In this document: piece by piece, positions 48,598-60,600 of the stretch
Layout of the letters: every line of letters begins with the position of its first letter
Numbering within the stretch: the stretch's first letter is position 1
Assembly: GCA_002269645.1 (NCBI GenBank)
Contig: NIVC01000299.1
Span: 1-64,000, forward strand
Source of the DNA: Macrostomum lignano
Taxonomy: Eukaryota
Reading direction: 5' to 3'
Length of the DNA stretch: 64,000 bases
Translations under genes and position numbers: made by a program
Notes under the pieces: generated by a model
Databases searched by the model: none
What the model was told of the DNA's origin: nothing
What the model saw: only the letters and a program-made list of their open reading frames with translations

Positions 48598-50559
48598 TAG
48601 GGAAATACAATTCCGTGATCCCGAAATTCCGGGATTAGGGTTTGCAATCCCGGGATCCCGGGATTGCAAATACTCGCCAGGATTTATCGGGATTGATAAT
48701 CCCGGGATTATCCATGGACGGGATATGCCGATCCCGACAATCCCGGGATTGACAGAAGACCGGGATTTTGCAATCCCTACCCGGGATTATGCCTGAATCC
48801 CAGGATCACACTTGTCAGGGATTCGAAAATCCCGGGATTGACCATCGGGATCCCGATCCCGGTTTTCAATAATTCAATCATTCATTATCGAGTAGTATAG
48901 TATCTGCAGCTGAGCTACCTGTCAGGTGAAAATCATAAACCCAGTTGGCCTGCTTTTGATTTATTAATCTTTTTAGCATGCAGGCTAGTGAGAAGGCCAG
49001 GGCTGCAGGGATACAAAACTGAAGTTGTGGCAGTTCGTAGGAGATTTCAGGTGTAATAATGTACGTGCAACTGTATGCATATGGTACTCGCAGACTATAT
49101 TATTCTAAAACCTGTGCACAGAGTCTAGACTCTAAAGCAATAGAAGCCAATTTCTCATAGTTTCCTATCACAGCGCTATAGCTTGCTAGACGGGAGTCAA
49201 ATAATTGTTCATTTGAACTCTTCCTCAATCTCAACCCAGCTAAAGTCAGGGGGTCTCGAGTAGGGAATACAAAATCCCGAGTTTTGCCCATCCCGGGATT
49301 TTCCGAATCGAGATAATATCCCGGACTTTGAAAATCCCGGGATTCTCGGGATCGGGATATCCCGGACTTTGCCAATCGCGGGATCCCGACGAATTGGGCC
49401 GGGATCCCGGGATCCCGGAATTGAAAAAGTTTCTCATCTTTGTTGGTGCAAATTTGGCTTTCGAAGCCATCTAACCTGATTTTAATGGGCTTTTAATAAT
49501 AAAGTAGAAGAGAATAAAATATTTTGCAAACAAGAAACTGACAATGAGCTCTGAATTGGAGTGTTATGTACGGGCTGGCGTAATGGGCGTGCTTTTTTAC
49601 ATGCCAGTATCAGCTCAGGAAAATCACACTCGATTTTGATGTAACCTGGGGAATGATAGCTTACAGCAGAGCTATGACCCGAGGTACTGATAACAAGTTA
49701 GAAGGGGATCAGAGTCCAGACTCAGACCTCCCCCTCCCGCCCTAGATGGAGAATTGCATGGTAGCTTGGGTTATTCGGATAGCAAGGTCCCACTGTTCTA
49801 ATCCCAACTATACGGCCAAGGAGTTTTAAAGTATCGACTGCTTAAAGTAGTTCTGTCATCACCCCTTTGCTGCATGCTGGGCAATCTAAAGGGTTTCCTG
49901 ACAGTGCTGAGAATGAGGTCTGTCGCAAAGGGGGCTTCTGATCTGTGCAAGGTCGAGACCCCTTGATTTTAGCTGCATGGGTTTGAGAAGAGGGAGAGTT
50001 CAAATGAACAATAATTTGACTCCCGTTTGGCCAGCGTCATCGCTGCGATCGGAAACGATGAGGAATTCGCTTCTACATGTATTGCTTTAGGGCTTAGGCT
50101 CTGTTCACAGGTTTTTGAATAATAATTACATTAGTCTGCGAGCACCATATGCATACAGCTGCACGTACATTGTCACACCTAAAATCTAGGGGGTCGTACT
50201 ATAAAGCTGTCGTAGCGTAAGTTCGATCGTACGTCGGAACTTTTACACGGCGGAGATAGGAGCTAAGAACGATCTTATCTTACGTTTTGTATCCCTGCAG
50301 CCCTAGCCTTCTCACTATAGCCTGCGCATGCTTAAAAGATTAATAAATCAAAGCAAGACAAATGGGTGATGATCTTCACGTGACAAATAGCTCAGCTGCA
50401 GATACTCTACTACTCGAGAATGATTGATTGAATTACTGCGAACCGGGATCGGGATCCCGATGGTGCAATCCCGGGATTTTCGAATCCCGGACAATTGTGG
50501 GCCTAATGGGCCCAATCCCGGGATTTCGGGATCCCGGGAACCCGGGATTGTATTCCCTA
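48598..50559. mobile_element. ~2-kb foldback element with ~650-bp inverted arms and TAGGG termini
   Basis: 48598-49260 is the diverged reverse complement of ~49955-50559 (e.g. GGGAGTCAAATAATTGTTCATTTGAACTC vs GAGTTCAAATGAACAATAATTTGACTCCC). Ends are TAGGGAAATACAAT and ATTGTATTCCCTA; a further TAGGG left end lies at 49261. Confidence 0.75.
48636..48779. mobile_element. Mini hAT-type MITE nested in the left arm of the foldback element
   Basis: TAGGGTTTGCAATCCC...TTGCAATCCCTA; flanks TCCGGGAT and CCCGGGAT (7/8 TSD match). Confidence 0.65.
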
Positions 50560-51164
50560 ATAGGTACGGTATTAATGACAGTTTATTTTCGAACAAAAGT
50601 AGCTACTTTCAAACCACCAGCACGTAGAGAGTTATTAAAATTTCACTGTTTATGAAATTTTATAAAATTTAACACAGAATTTTAGATATTGAAAACTTTA
50701 AAAGAAGGGTATTACTGTTGCATCTTGCATGTGACTAAAACCGTGGTAATAGGATGGTGAAACTGGTGATTGGTATCTAGCTTCTTTTGATAACTTAGCT
50801 GGTTAGACCCCAATATTGTAACGCTGGAGCCAAATACAATGGAGCGATTAGTTTCTCTCAAATGTCTCTGCCAGTGCCAGTTTAGTCCATTATAGTAAGT
50901 AACCAATAGTTACGAGCTACGACCGAAGGAAGTTGATAGTGAGGTCCGGGAAACAATTTTGGATGACGAATTTTGATAAAGAATTGCTGCAAAATTTTAG
51001 CATTTTTGGTCCCCTGATTTGAGCCAGGTGTCAAAATGCGTAGAAAAGATGGAATTTTATTATGAAATAACAAAACGGAAATTCCACTTTTGTACACGAA
51101 AAATACCAAAAACCTCTAAAACGGCCCTTTTTCGGTTGTTACAGTCTGCAGCTATTTGCTTTAG

Positions 51165-51672
51165 ATTGCTGCTGCTGTGTGCTGCAGCCTGATGCTGTCT
51201 GCTACAAATTGCTGCTGTGTGCTACAGCCTGATGCTGTCTGCTTCAGATTGCTGCTGTGTGCTGCAGCCTGATGCTGTCTGCTACAGATTGCTGCTGTGT
51301 GCTGCAGCCTGATGCTGTCTGCTACAGATTGCTGCAGCCTGATGCTGTCTGCTACAGATTGCTGCTGTGTGCTGCAGCCTGATGCTGTCTGCTACAGATT
51401 GCTGCTGTGTGCTACAGCCTGATGCTGTCTGCTACAGATTGCTGCTGTGTGCTGCAGCCTGATGCTGTCTGCTACAGATTGCTGCTGTGTGCTGCAGCCT
51501 GATGCTGTCTGCTACAGATTGCTGCTGTGTGCTGCAGCCTGATGCTGTCTGCTACAGATTGCTGCTGTGTGCTGCAGCCTGATGCTGTCTGCTACAGATT
51601 GCTGCTGTGTGCTGCAGCCTGATGCTGTCTGCTACAGATTGCTGCTGTGTGCTGCAGCCTGATGCTATCTGC
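51165..51672. repeat. 40-bp minisatellite (GCTGCTGTGTGCTGCAGCCTGATGCTGTCTGCTACAGATT)n, ~12-13 copies
   Basis: Read directly. Confidence 0.95.
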
Positions 51673-53826
51673 TGCTGTCAGCTGCTAGCTGCTTCCTGGT
51701 GCCATCTATTCTAGTCCGGCTTCAATAGTTGTCTGCTGCTTTTTTGCTGTCTTCTGCCTGCTGCCTTCAGCTGCCTTCTGCTGCCATATGGCACTGTCCA
51801 CTGATGTCTGCTGCTATCTGCTGCTGGGTATTGCTACTGTATGTGCTACGCAACTGCTTCTGCCGATTCTTGAAAAGTGGCACAGCATTGCAGCGTGGCA
51901 TCACCAAATCGCGCGCGCGCACCTTTGTCAGAAAGAGTCCGGAGGCGGAAAATGCATACTTTGATTCGCATAAACTGAGTTTCAATCGGCTTTCTGTGAA
52001 TCTTTTTCTTATTTAAATGGCAAAAATTAGGTTACAAATCCATTTTTTTTATATTTTTTCTCCCCGGGATCCCCGGTCCAATTCCCAGGGGAGCACTACC
52101 CGGGGTTGACATACCTAGTACTCCCGAATGGGAACCTAAGAGTTCGGATACGTTGCCAAGAAGAACCTCCCAGGCTCTGGCTTCTTAACGCAGCTAAGAT
52201 AAATGCTTGGAGTTGATTTTAGCTAATTAACAGCTAGGGATCTTTTGTCATCTTAATTGACCCAATTTCACGTCTGTGGTTTACGGCAGCTGGCCGGGTG
52301 TTTTAATTCCCTGAACACACCCTGCCAGCCGTCTATCTTCATTATGCAAATGCCAAAATTGAGACAGAACGCCAAGGCTCCGTTCATCCATTAGGGAATG
52401 TGATGAAATGGGTGGAATGTGAAGTTTAAGGAATTGGAAGTTCGCTGTTACGTATACTTCTTCGAAGGCTTTACTCACGACTTTTCGTTTTCATTTTCGA
52501 GTGAGCACATTTAATATTTGTCAAGATTTTGGGCTTTTTGACACTGAGGACACCGAGGATTACCAGCTATATTTACCAGCAGTAGAAGTGCCAAGTTCAC
52601 CCATATTTGATAAGTTTTCTTACTTTCATGCTAGAATCGACCAAACCCGAACACACGAAACTCAAGGACATCGTTGAACTATCTGTTGCAAACCTTCTGA
52701 AACAGCTGTTGCTATTGTTCTTATGGGGGTTGCTATTGCGCAGATCCCCCATCCTGTCAATGCTGCTTTTGTTCCTTTTGTACCTTCTATGGGTTTGAAG
52801 CAGCAAATAAAGAAGTTGTTCCTACATGTCAAATGCACTCCTGATGTCTGACGTCCTATCCTGTCTTGACTCTTAAATTTTATTGATGTTCACTTCACTT
52901 CGAGCGGATGTTATTCTTCAGATTAAATTTGCGTGTACTTGTTGAGACGTGCATGCTCGACCACTTACATTGGTGTAGTGCTTGGATGAAAAATCTGGCA
53001 CCTATCTGCAGCCTATTCGAATTTAGCGTCACTACACCTCCCCCCCCCCCCCCCCCCTACTTATACTGTATTCTCGCAATTGGATTCAAATCAACTAATT
53101 GCAGTGCGAACGCTTTTGATCACTCGTAGAGAATCACTTAATTGTGTGACAAATTGATGGGATCGTCAAGGATTGCTCGATAGCTAACTGAAACTTTGTG
53201 TGAAAGAGCCTTTCAGGACATGAAAACATTGTTAAGCTGCAGCATTCTGTGAGGACAACTCTAACTCTGCACAATAACTTTACGGTCGTACAACATAGCT
53301 TTGGTGGTACTGCTATGCCGCTTTGTGAAGAGTTCGCAAAATGCTGCTTTGGTTCTCTTTCTCTCTCCCTCTCTCTCCCTTGTTATCTTCCTAGGGACGG
53401 GAGACAGACAGAAACTAATGCTGGACGCGCGGTCACTCCTCAGCAGGGGCAGCCTCCACAACGCTAAAGAAGGGGAATGAGTTGCATATTTTAAATTATT
53501 TTTTCCTCCCTTCAAAGCAAAACGTTTGGGAAATCTATGTTGCATCCTATCCCCCTTCTCAGTGGCGTAGCCATATGTTTTTCGTAGGATGACCAGGGGG
53601 ATGGGGGTAGCGAGCCTCTCCAACTGGAGAAGGAAAATAGAAATGTTTGATTAAAAAAGCGCAACTGCCACTGGAATTCTCACTCACCTGAATTTGCGGG
53701 TCATTACCGCTGCGTCCACCCCGCCACCCCAATGCGATCGGGCAAAATGCATAAAGCAGCCAGTATAGCAGCAATAGACGCGCAAGCCTTTTGCCCCGTA
53801 GACAGAACTCTGTAGAGCCGCTTACC

Positions 53827-54640
53827 ATGCAGGCCTCATTAATTCTGCCGCTTTTCTGCTGCTGCGTCGCCTTCCGCTGCTCCCTTGGCGTCGAATTCAG
53901 TCCGTTGGGCTGCTTCGTGGACAGCCCAACTCGAGACATAACCGGCCTTGTAGGCAGGTCCACCATCGGGCCCTACTCGGTGAACACGCTGAGTGTCGAC
54001 CTCAGCAATATGACCCTGGAACTGTGCAGCCGAATCTGCGCCTATGGAAACTTCAAGTACTTTGCTACTCAGTACTCACGTTCATGTGTCTGTGGGAACT
54101 CGTACGGCGGCTTAGGCCAGGCAGCTGACAGCGACTGCAACATGAACTGTGCTGGAAACCCCGCTCAAATTTGCGGAGGATTTTACAGAAACTCAGTGTA
54201 CCGGCAGGTCTACCTTCGTCCAGGTGAGTTGCAACACGGAGACAGCGATTCTGACGCTCTCAAACCTACGGTTAGGGCTAGCGTCTAGCGCTTAACCTGT
54301 CATGTATAAAGGTCCCAGCTCGCATAATGATCTGAGACATGTGACCAGTTACCAAGGAGATGATTATAACCCGCGATCATGACTAATTATGGATTGCACT
54401 TTCAGCCAGCGGACGCTTCACCTGGGCTGATCGAGTCTACCTGAACGTGACCTCCTCCAGCGCGCCTTTCTACCGCACCGTGCAGCCCGTGAGGTGCCTG
54501 ACCGACTGCATGGTTCGCTGCGGCACCGACTGCCAGGCCGTGTTGTTCCACCTGGACACCTAGCCTGCCACCTGCTGAGACTGCCCGCTCTGCCGCACGA
54601 GCTGGAGTACGTGCCTGGTGAATTCTTCCTTCGCGTCTGA
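53827..54640 (+). CDS. Secreted WSC-domain + PAN/apple-like protein (~210 aa after repairing one frame break)
   Basis: Exon 53827-54223 has a signal peptide and WSC motif LGCFVDS..MTLELCSRIC..YFATQYSRSCVCGN..CNMNCAGNPAQICGG..NSVY. Exon 54406-54640 (phase 1) has CLTDCMVRCGTDCQAV. One extra C at 54559-54560 restores ..TLACHLLRLP..FFLRV-stop; total 632+1 nt. Confidence 0.82.
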
Positions 54641-55610
54641 GCGATCGGATAAATGAGAGTTGAGGAGACGAGACGAGTCACCGCAAGGACCCTAAAAAAA
54701 CAGAATTTGTCAGTTTAACTCTGTGATTAGCGGAACTCGAAGCGAACCCCTTTTGACTCATTCAATCCTGATTTCATTCTGTGGTTAAGCGCTCTGTCTC
54801 AGTACAGAACTCTGATTGTTAACCATTTTTAACTCTGATTAAGCGCTCTGTCTCAGTAACAGAACTTTTTAATTGTTAACCATTGTTATTTATGTGATTA
54901 AACACCGTCTCTGGAAAAATTAACTTCCCTAAACCTGTCTGTTTGCTCTGTGATTAAGACCAATCACACAGCAATAACTCATTGATTTCTTTAAGCGTGG
55001 AGTGACTCTTTTATTAGGCTCTTCCCTCTTTTTCTTAATCTGTCCTGTGTTTTATCGTGTCCAACTTTGCAGAAAGAACTTTTTTCACTAATTAATAAGT
55101 TCAAAATTAGTCGACGTGCTTGACAAGCAGTCGCTTTGTTAGCAAAAAACACATGTTTTGTTATCAGTCGGCAGTGAAACTTTCCACTGATCTCTTTTGA
55201 AACAGTCAATCTGTAATTTTTTAGAAAGTGTCTACGTCTTGATGAAACAAGACCGTCAGGCTACGAAGAGAGTCAGTTGGTTCTAATATATTCAAGCTCG
55301 CAATTCGTCAAACTCAACTCCGTACGCCCAGACCCGTGAAGAGAGAATGGAGGGCACTACGCATGGAGGAGGAACTGGAAAGAGGCAATGAACAGCGAGG
55401 TGACGCATCGCGACCTTCCAAAATTGTCCCGAACCCCCCCCCCTATAGCCCCACTTAAACAAGACAATTCTTACTGTAAGATCACGACCACGGAAGGAAA
55501 CTCTAATTGTCAATAGAACATTGTCAAACCAGTCACTCCGCCGGCTTGCCTACCTGATCATCTTCAAAGCAACGCTCGCAGAACGTCGAGACAGTTTAAG
55601 CCATCACTGT

Positions 55611-57793
55611 ACGCCTTCCAGTCTGGGAGGACGACTGAGCATGCTCTCCACGCCATTACCTCCAAAATTGAGAGTGCCATCCTTAGCAAACAACTCGCTT
55701 GCGGGTTGTTCGTTGACTTCGAAGGAGCATTTGACAATGTCCTCTTCCGCTCCTTCAGAAATTCTCTTTCCCGCAGGAATGTAAGACACAGCATTGTTCG
55801 CTGGATTTATTTTATGATCCGCAAAAGGTTTGTGACATCCACACTTATGGGCGTTACCCTCACCCGGGCGGTGATGAAAGGCGGCCCGCAAGGTGGCGTG
55901 CTAACTCCACTTCTCTGGAATCTCGTCATGGACGAACTTCTAACCGCTGACATTCCCAGCAGTATCACCAGGGCGGGCTACGCCGATGACGTTGCCGCGG
56001 TCGTCAGCGGACCCGACCCCGCCACTCTGCGCAACCTGATGCAGCAATTCGCCGACAAGGCGGCCGACTGGGCTACACAGCATGGCCTAAAAATCAGCGT
56101 CACTAAGACTGTCGCTGTCGTTTTCACCAAGCGCCGTAAGTGGGAGATGAAAAACCTCACTGTCTATGGCAGAAACATCCCCTTCAAGAAGGAGGTCAAA
56201 TACCTCGGTGTGACGCTAACGCATGACCTGCGCTGGACGAAGCACCTTGATAACGTCATCGGTCGGGCAAAACGCTGCTTTGCCCAGCTGCGCAGAGCCA
56301 TCGGGCCGACTTGGGGCCTCTCGCCTAGAACGGTCCGTTGGATTTATACCGGCATCATCCGGCCCAGTATCACATACGCGAGTCTCATCTGGACTAGCGT
56401 GCTGGAGCAGAAGGCCGCCCGTCAGCGGCTGTACCAGCTTCAGGGCAGCATTTGCCGTGCCATCACAGGTGCGTACCCGTCCACCCCTTACGAGGGGCTG
56501 AACACTATCCTTAACCTACCTCCGCTTCACCTATTTATTAGGGCGGAGGCTATGAAGTCTGCCTCCCGGCTTATCAGAGATAAAACGTTGAATAACGCGC
56601 CCTCTGGCTTTATGCCAATGAAAACATTAATCCCGCATATGGACTTTGTCCGCCGCGACCTTAACAACATCCACATGGACCTGGGCAATGTGGATAGTCG
56701 ACCTCCCGCCCTCAACATCAGGAGGGGCTTCAAGACCGCCATCCCTGGCCGAGACAACATTCCGCTGGATGTCGGTGTGAACCGGCGCAGCCAGGGCATT
56801 CACTGCTTCACCGACGGCTCGCTGTTCAACGGCCGCGCTGGAGCGGGTATTGCCATTTTCCACGAGGGTAAGATGCTTCTCCAGGAAAGTCTGCACCTCG
56901 GTGAGAACACCTCAGTTTTCCAAGCTGAAATTTGCGCCATCGAGCAGTGTGCCCAGCAACTGTTTCAGGCGAACATTAATAATTTTGACATTAATTTCTA
57001 CACTGATAGCCAAGCTGCTATTAAGGCCTTAACCACTGAGAATATCTCCGCTGCTACAGTATCTCAATGCCACCGCAGTGTGCAATCTCTCTCAGTCCTT
57101 AACAGGATTAGAATTATCTGGACACCTGGTCACAGCAACATCCTGGGCAACGAGCTCGCGGACTCTCTCGCCAAGGAGGGCAGCAACCCAGACGGCAACC
57201 ACCGTCTGATGAGGCTACCCACCCCCAGGTCGCAAGTCACCCGCCATATCAACAGGTGGCTCCATCAGCAGCACCAGCTCCACTGGAACAGCTGCACCGA
57301 GTACAGGCAGAGCCGCTCTGCCATGCCTAACCTGAACAGGAAAGTCTCTGATTATCTGATTTCGCTTAACAGAACCGACCTCAGGGAGATGTGCATGGTC
57401 CTAACCGGCCACGGATTCTTCCAGAGACATATATCGTTGCAAACCGGTTGCCCTCCCACCTGCCCCTTCTGTGGCATAGGAGAGGAGACCGCGGAGCATC
57501 ACGTCACCTTCTGCCCTTACTTCAACAAGGCGCGGCACAAATACCTCGGCCACCCCCAGCGGATGGACGAGCTGACCACCGCGGACAATATCCGAGACCT
57601 CCGCGCCTTCGTCCGGGACTCCGGCCGGATGAGGGTCGCCGATGCCTCCACTGCGGACCTGCCGACTACTGGCGGGGACTGGGCGCACCCCCAAGGCTAA
57701 TCCTTGTGCTCTTTTACCTTGGGGTTGCGATAGGGGCCTCGCGGCCTATTCGCGGCGCCTGCGCCCCCCGTCAGTAGTAAGTAAGTAAGTAAG
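55611..57793 (+). mobile_element. 5'-truncated non-LTR retrotransposon (RT + RNase H + Cys/His finger; R1/LOA/I group)
   Basis: 14-bp TSD TAAGCCATCACTGT at 55597-55610 and 57794-57807; 3' (TAAG)n tail; uninterrupted ORF. Confidence 0.93.
55613..57700 (+). CDS. Reverse transcriptase-RNase H polyprotein of the LINE (N-terminally truncated)
   Basis: RT motifs [28 protein letters not shown] and YLGV; RNase H motifs [20 protein letters not shown] and [15 protein letters not shown]; CPFC..ETAEHH..C. The frame is open from the element's 5' junction. Confidence 0.92.
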   Translation, partial: AFQSGRTTEHALHAITSKIESAILSKQLACGLFVDFEGAFDNVLFRSFRNSLSRRNVRHSIVRWIYFMIRKRFVTSTLMGVTLTRAVMKGGPQGGVLTPLLWNLVMDELLTADIPSSITRAGYADDVAAVVSGPDPATLRNLMQQFADKAADWATQHGLKISVTKTVAVVFTKRRKWEMKNLTVYGRNIPFKKEVKYLGVTLTHDLRWTKHLDNVIGRAKRCFAQLRRAIGPTWGLSPRTVRWIYTGIIRPSITYASLIWTSVLEQKAARQRLYQLQGSICRAITGAYPSTPYEGLNTILNLPPLHLFIRAEAMKSASRLIRDKTLNNAPSGFMPMKTLIPHMDFVRRDLNNIHMDLGNVDSRPPALNIRRGFKTAIPGRDNIPLDVGVNRRSQGIHCFTDGSLFNGRAGAGIAIFHEGKMLLQESLHLGENTSVFQAEICAIEQCAQQLFQANINNFDINFYTDSQAAIKALTTENISAATVSQCHRSVQSLSVLNRIRIIWTPGHSNILGNELADSLAKEGSNPDGNHRLMRLPTPRSQVTRHINRWLHQQHQLHWNSCTEYRQSRSAMPNLNRKVSDYLISLNRTDLREMCMVLTGHGFFQRHISLQTGCPPTCPFCGIGEETAEHHVTFCPYFNKARHKYLGHPQRMDELTTADNIRDLRAFVRDSGRMRVADASTADLPTTGGDWAHPQG

Positions 57794-57807
57794 TAAGCCA
57801 TCACTGT

Positions 57808-58345
57808 CGCTGGCTTCCACCGGCTTCCATTGGCAGTCTTTCGCCAGCATGAAGTCACCTGAAGTCACCGACATCGATGTGACAGTCATGAGCATGGACG
57901 TTATGCCGTTGGTTCTGCAGAGCTGGCTGCTGCTGCACCCTGGCTGGCAGGTCCGGTCTAACGCGATCCAGCAGCGAGTGCAGCCTCAGGAGGAACTTAG
58001 GTCGTGGCATGGGGCGTCACGCGGCGTAGGTGAGCAAAAATCGGGCTACTCGCTCGTCCAAGGATTCACTCTTCTGCTTAGCTAGCAACCTTTTGAGCGT
58101 CTGGACCGCCCTCTCGCCTGAGCGTTGGACGCCAGTGGTAGGGCGCCGTCCTTACGTGCCGAATCCCGTTTTTTGACAGAAAGGTCTCCATCTTCTTCCT
58201 CATGAAGTTCGGTTCGTTGTTCGATACGATGCTGCCCATGTGTAGAAAAACTTTGTCGCAGCCTCTGGATGGTTGCGGCTTAAGAAGTCATAGTTATTGC
58301 GTGGACATCCATACACTTTGAGTGCGCATCCACAGTGAGTATAGG
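57808..58345 (-). mobile_element. Degenerate Ty3/Gypsy integrase relic (continues at ~55520-55596 on the other side of the LINE)
   Basis: Minus-strand translation across several frameshifts gives DAHSK, IVSNNEPNF..FLSKNGIRHVRTAPYH, ASNAQA, RAVQTLKR..RVARFLLTY, TPHATT and RWKPATV, all typical Gypsy integrase segments. Confidence 0.7.
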
Positions 58346-59311
58346 CGGGACCAATGGCCTGTCTGGCCAAGCTCAAGGATGTTTATCTGTCGAATGTAGA
58401 TAGTATAGAGTAGAAAAGTGTAAAAAGAAAATTATTAATTAAAGTTTCTGAAGCTCTAAATTGTCTCGATCTATTGAGACTATCCACTCTCACTCTCACA
58501 CAGCAACAAATACTAGCAACTACGAGGTGCCAACCAACCAAGCGGGAGCTTATCAACTTCCAACCAATACCAATTGCCAAGTCTATCCATTGAGCAATTT
58601 GAAAAACGAAAACGAAAATCCTGACAGACTTAGTTTCCACTCGGGTGACAGCAGCGGCTTTAAAAAGACGCCACGCGAAGCGAGGCATCTAACGGAAACT
58701 AGCGCAGTATAATAAACCAGTTCTGGGCTCAATTATGTTCATATTATAACACTTTTTGTAATCATAACAAAAATTTGTCCCGGGATTGCAATCCCTATAC
58801 CCAATATTGCAATCCCTTATCCCCATTGTCAGTTTCTGAGTGCGTAGTACGCGCACGAATAGAAAAAGCTACCGGGTGGACTGTGAATCGAAGTTTCTCT
58901 TAAAAACAACTGGCTATTTACTCACAATCAGGTACAATTGTCAGTTTTCAGGTTTCAGTTTTTCGTATTTCATTTTCGTTTTTCGTTTTTCATTTTCGTT
59001 ATTCGTTTTCCATTTTCAGTTTTCGATTTGGCTATTTGAAAATTTAAATCAGAGAGTCTTGGACACTTTGCTTTATTTTTTCCAGACAACGATTAGATAA
59101 TATTCTATACAGTGTGTCTTGAGCCACAGCTCACAGTGATTGGTGGTAGCTGGTAAAAAAAACCTATACATTTAAAAGCTAGGAGCTATTATAGAGGTCA
59201 GCAGCAATTTTATAAATACGCGTCTCTCTTTTCAACTCTTCCCACACGACAAAGCCTTCTCTAGATTTCCAAGCCAATTCTAATCCCAGCAGAATTCTTA
59301 ATTCATACGCT

Positions 59312-59675
59312 ATGGGTGAGTACAGTTAATACAGTTTAAAGTACACGCATTAACGCCCTGCCGATAACTATAACCATTTGCTCTGGTAATTCAGCCACCA
59401 GCTTTGCCACCGCTGCTGTGCTGACCGTGTCGCTGCTGCTGACCTGCGGGCCGCTGCTGCAGGCCGAGGCGGGGCTCTTTGGCGCCTTGTTCGGCTACGG
59501 GATCTGCCAGACCGGCTGCAACACCGTCTGGGTCGCCTGCGTGACCGCCGCCGGAGGCGTTGCCGGGGTCTCCACGGGTGGCACTGCCGTGCCCGCCGCC
59601 ATCCTGGCCTGCAACGCCGCCCAAGGAGTCTGCATGGCCGCCTGCGCCTCCGTCACCATTGCAGGTCCAGTTTAA
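59312..59675 (+). CDS. Small secreted 6-Cys peptide, copy 2 (94 aa)
   Basis: Exon 1 is ATGG (59312-59315), followed by intron GTGAGT..TTCAG and exon 2 at 59395-59675 (285 nt total). 50/54 identical to copy 1 over the YG..SVT core. Confidence 0.88.
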
Positions 59676-59924
59676 TTGGCGGCACTGGATTTGATGCATG
59701 CCGGAGGTCATCTGTCTGCGGCCATTAATTCAAATGGTTCCTCTGCACCTGGCGTCTGTTTCTCGCTTTTCTTCGAAAGCCATTGCTTTTTCTGAAAGTT
59801 TCTGTCCGTTTCAAGATCAAATATTTTTATATCCCTTCGACACACAAAGACTACTCAAGTAACATGTATATACATGTGGGACGCTACACTCGAAATCTAT
59901 GGGAAATGTTTTGTAAGCAACTTT

Positions 59925-60135
59925 TCGCCGAAAAATACACTACAGAGATAAAAGGTTTTAATTTTTTCAGCACAAAAATTGTTATTGCTTTTGATAGGAG
60001 ACAGATCCAGTGTTCGTCTTTTAATGTTGTGCCTTTCTTATTGCTCTATCGATATTCATAAAGCTTTTCGTTCAGAAATAGTTTTAAAGGCAGGTTTCAC
60101 CGGAAAAATACACTAGCTACGGAGATAGGAAATTT
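59925..60135. mobile_element. Partial copy of the 16380-17180 hAT-type MITE
   Basis: Shares TTTTTCAGCACAAAAATTGTTA..TTTTGATAG..GATCCAGTGTTC..TGTTGTGCCTTTCTTATTGCTCTATCGATATTCATAAAGCTTTTCGTTCA with 16480-16600. Confidence 0.8.
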
Positions 60136-60244
60136 CACGATCACATTATTTTGTGCCTCACATGCTGCTCTAACGACGCATTAATCGATTTTTCATGTTT
60201 GGTCTTGTCATTATTTTAAACGTTTTTTCCAAGTGCGAAGTAGA

Positions 60245-60365
60245 GTTTCCGGGATCTCCATTGGCCCAGCAGTCGTTCCTCCCGCCATCCTGGCCTGCAA
60301 TGCCGCCCAAGGAGCCTGCATGGCCGGCTGTGCCTCCCATCACCATCCTGGCCCCAACGCCTTAG
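60245..60365 (+). pseudogene. 3' fragment of a third 6-Cys peptide copy
   Basis: VSGISIGPAVVPPAILACNAAQGACMAGCAS, then with one C removed ITILAPTP-stop. No 5' half found; preceded by the MITE fragment. Confidence 0.75.
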
Positions 60366-60469
60366 CGCTGGACGATGAGCTGTTAAAAATAACTGGAGTG
60401 AAGAAACGATTTTTTGCCAGATTAATTATTTAAAAAAAAAATTTTTAAAAGACGATACGTAAAATCGTC

Positions 60470-60600
60470 TTACGTACAGCCATCGGTGACGCAATTCTGC
60501 ATAGCGTACAGCGGCCCTAACTTTCTATCCGTCAGGCAAGTACACATAAACTCACTACATGTATGCCTTTGGGGGCTTGGCCTCATGGGGTGTGAATCGA
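60470..60600 (-). mobile_element. Diverged internal fragment of the same SINE family
   Basis: GTACAGCGGCCCTAACTTT and neighbouring motifs match the reverse complement of SINE copy B (AAAGTTAGGGCCGCTGTAC). Confidence 0.55.

Noticed and set aside
52281-52806. Hydrophobic ORF 52607-52798 and overlapping minus-strand ORFs
   Set aside because: No splice context, domain motif or codon bias like the real exons; possibly decayed TE sequence.
9269-54560. Programmed ribosomal frameshifting as the explanation for the frame breaks
   Set aside because: No shared slippery heptamer or downstream structure, the genes are unrelated, and every break sits at a short C/G run, which fits sequencing error better.
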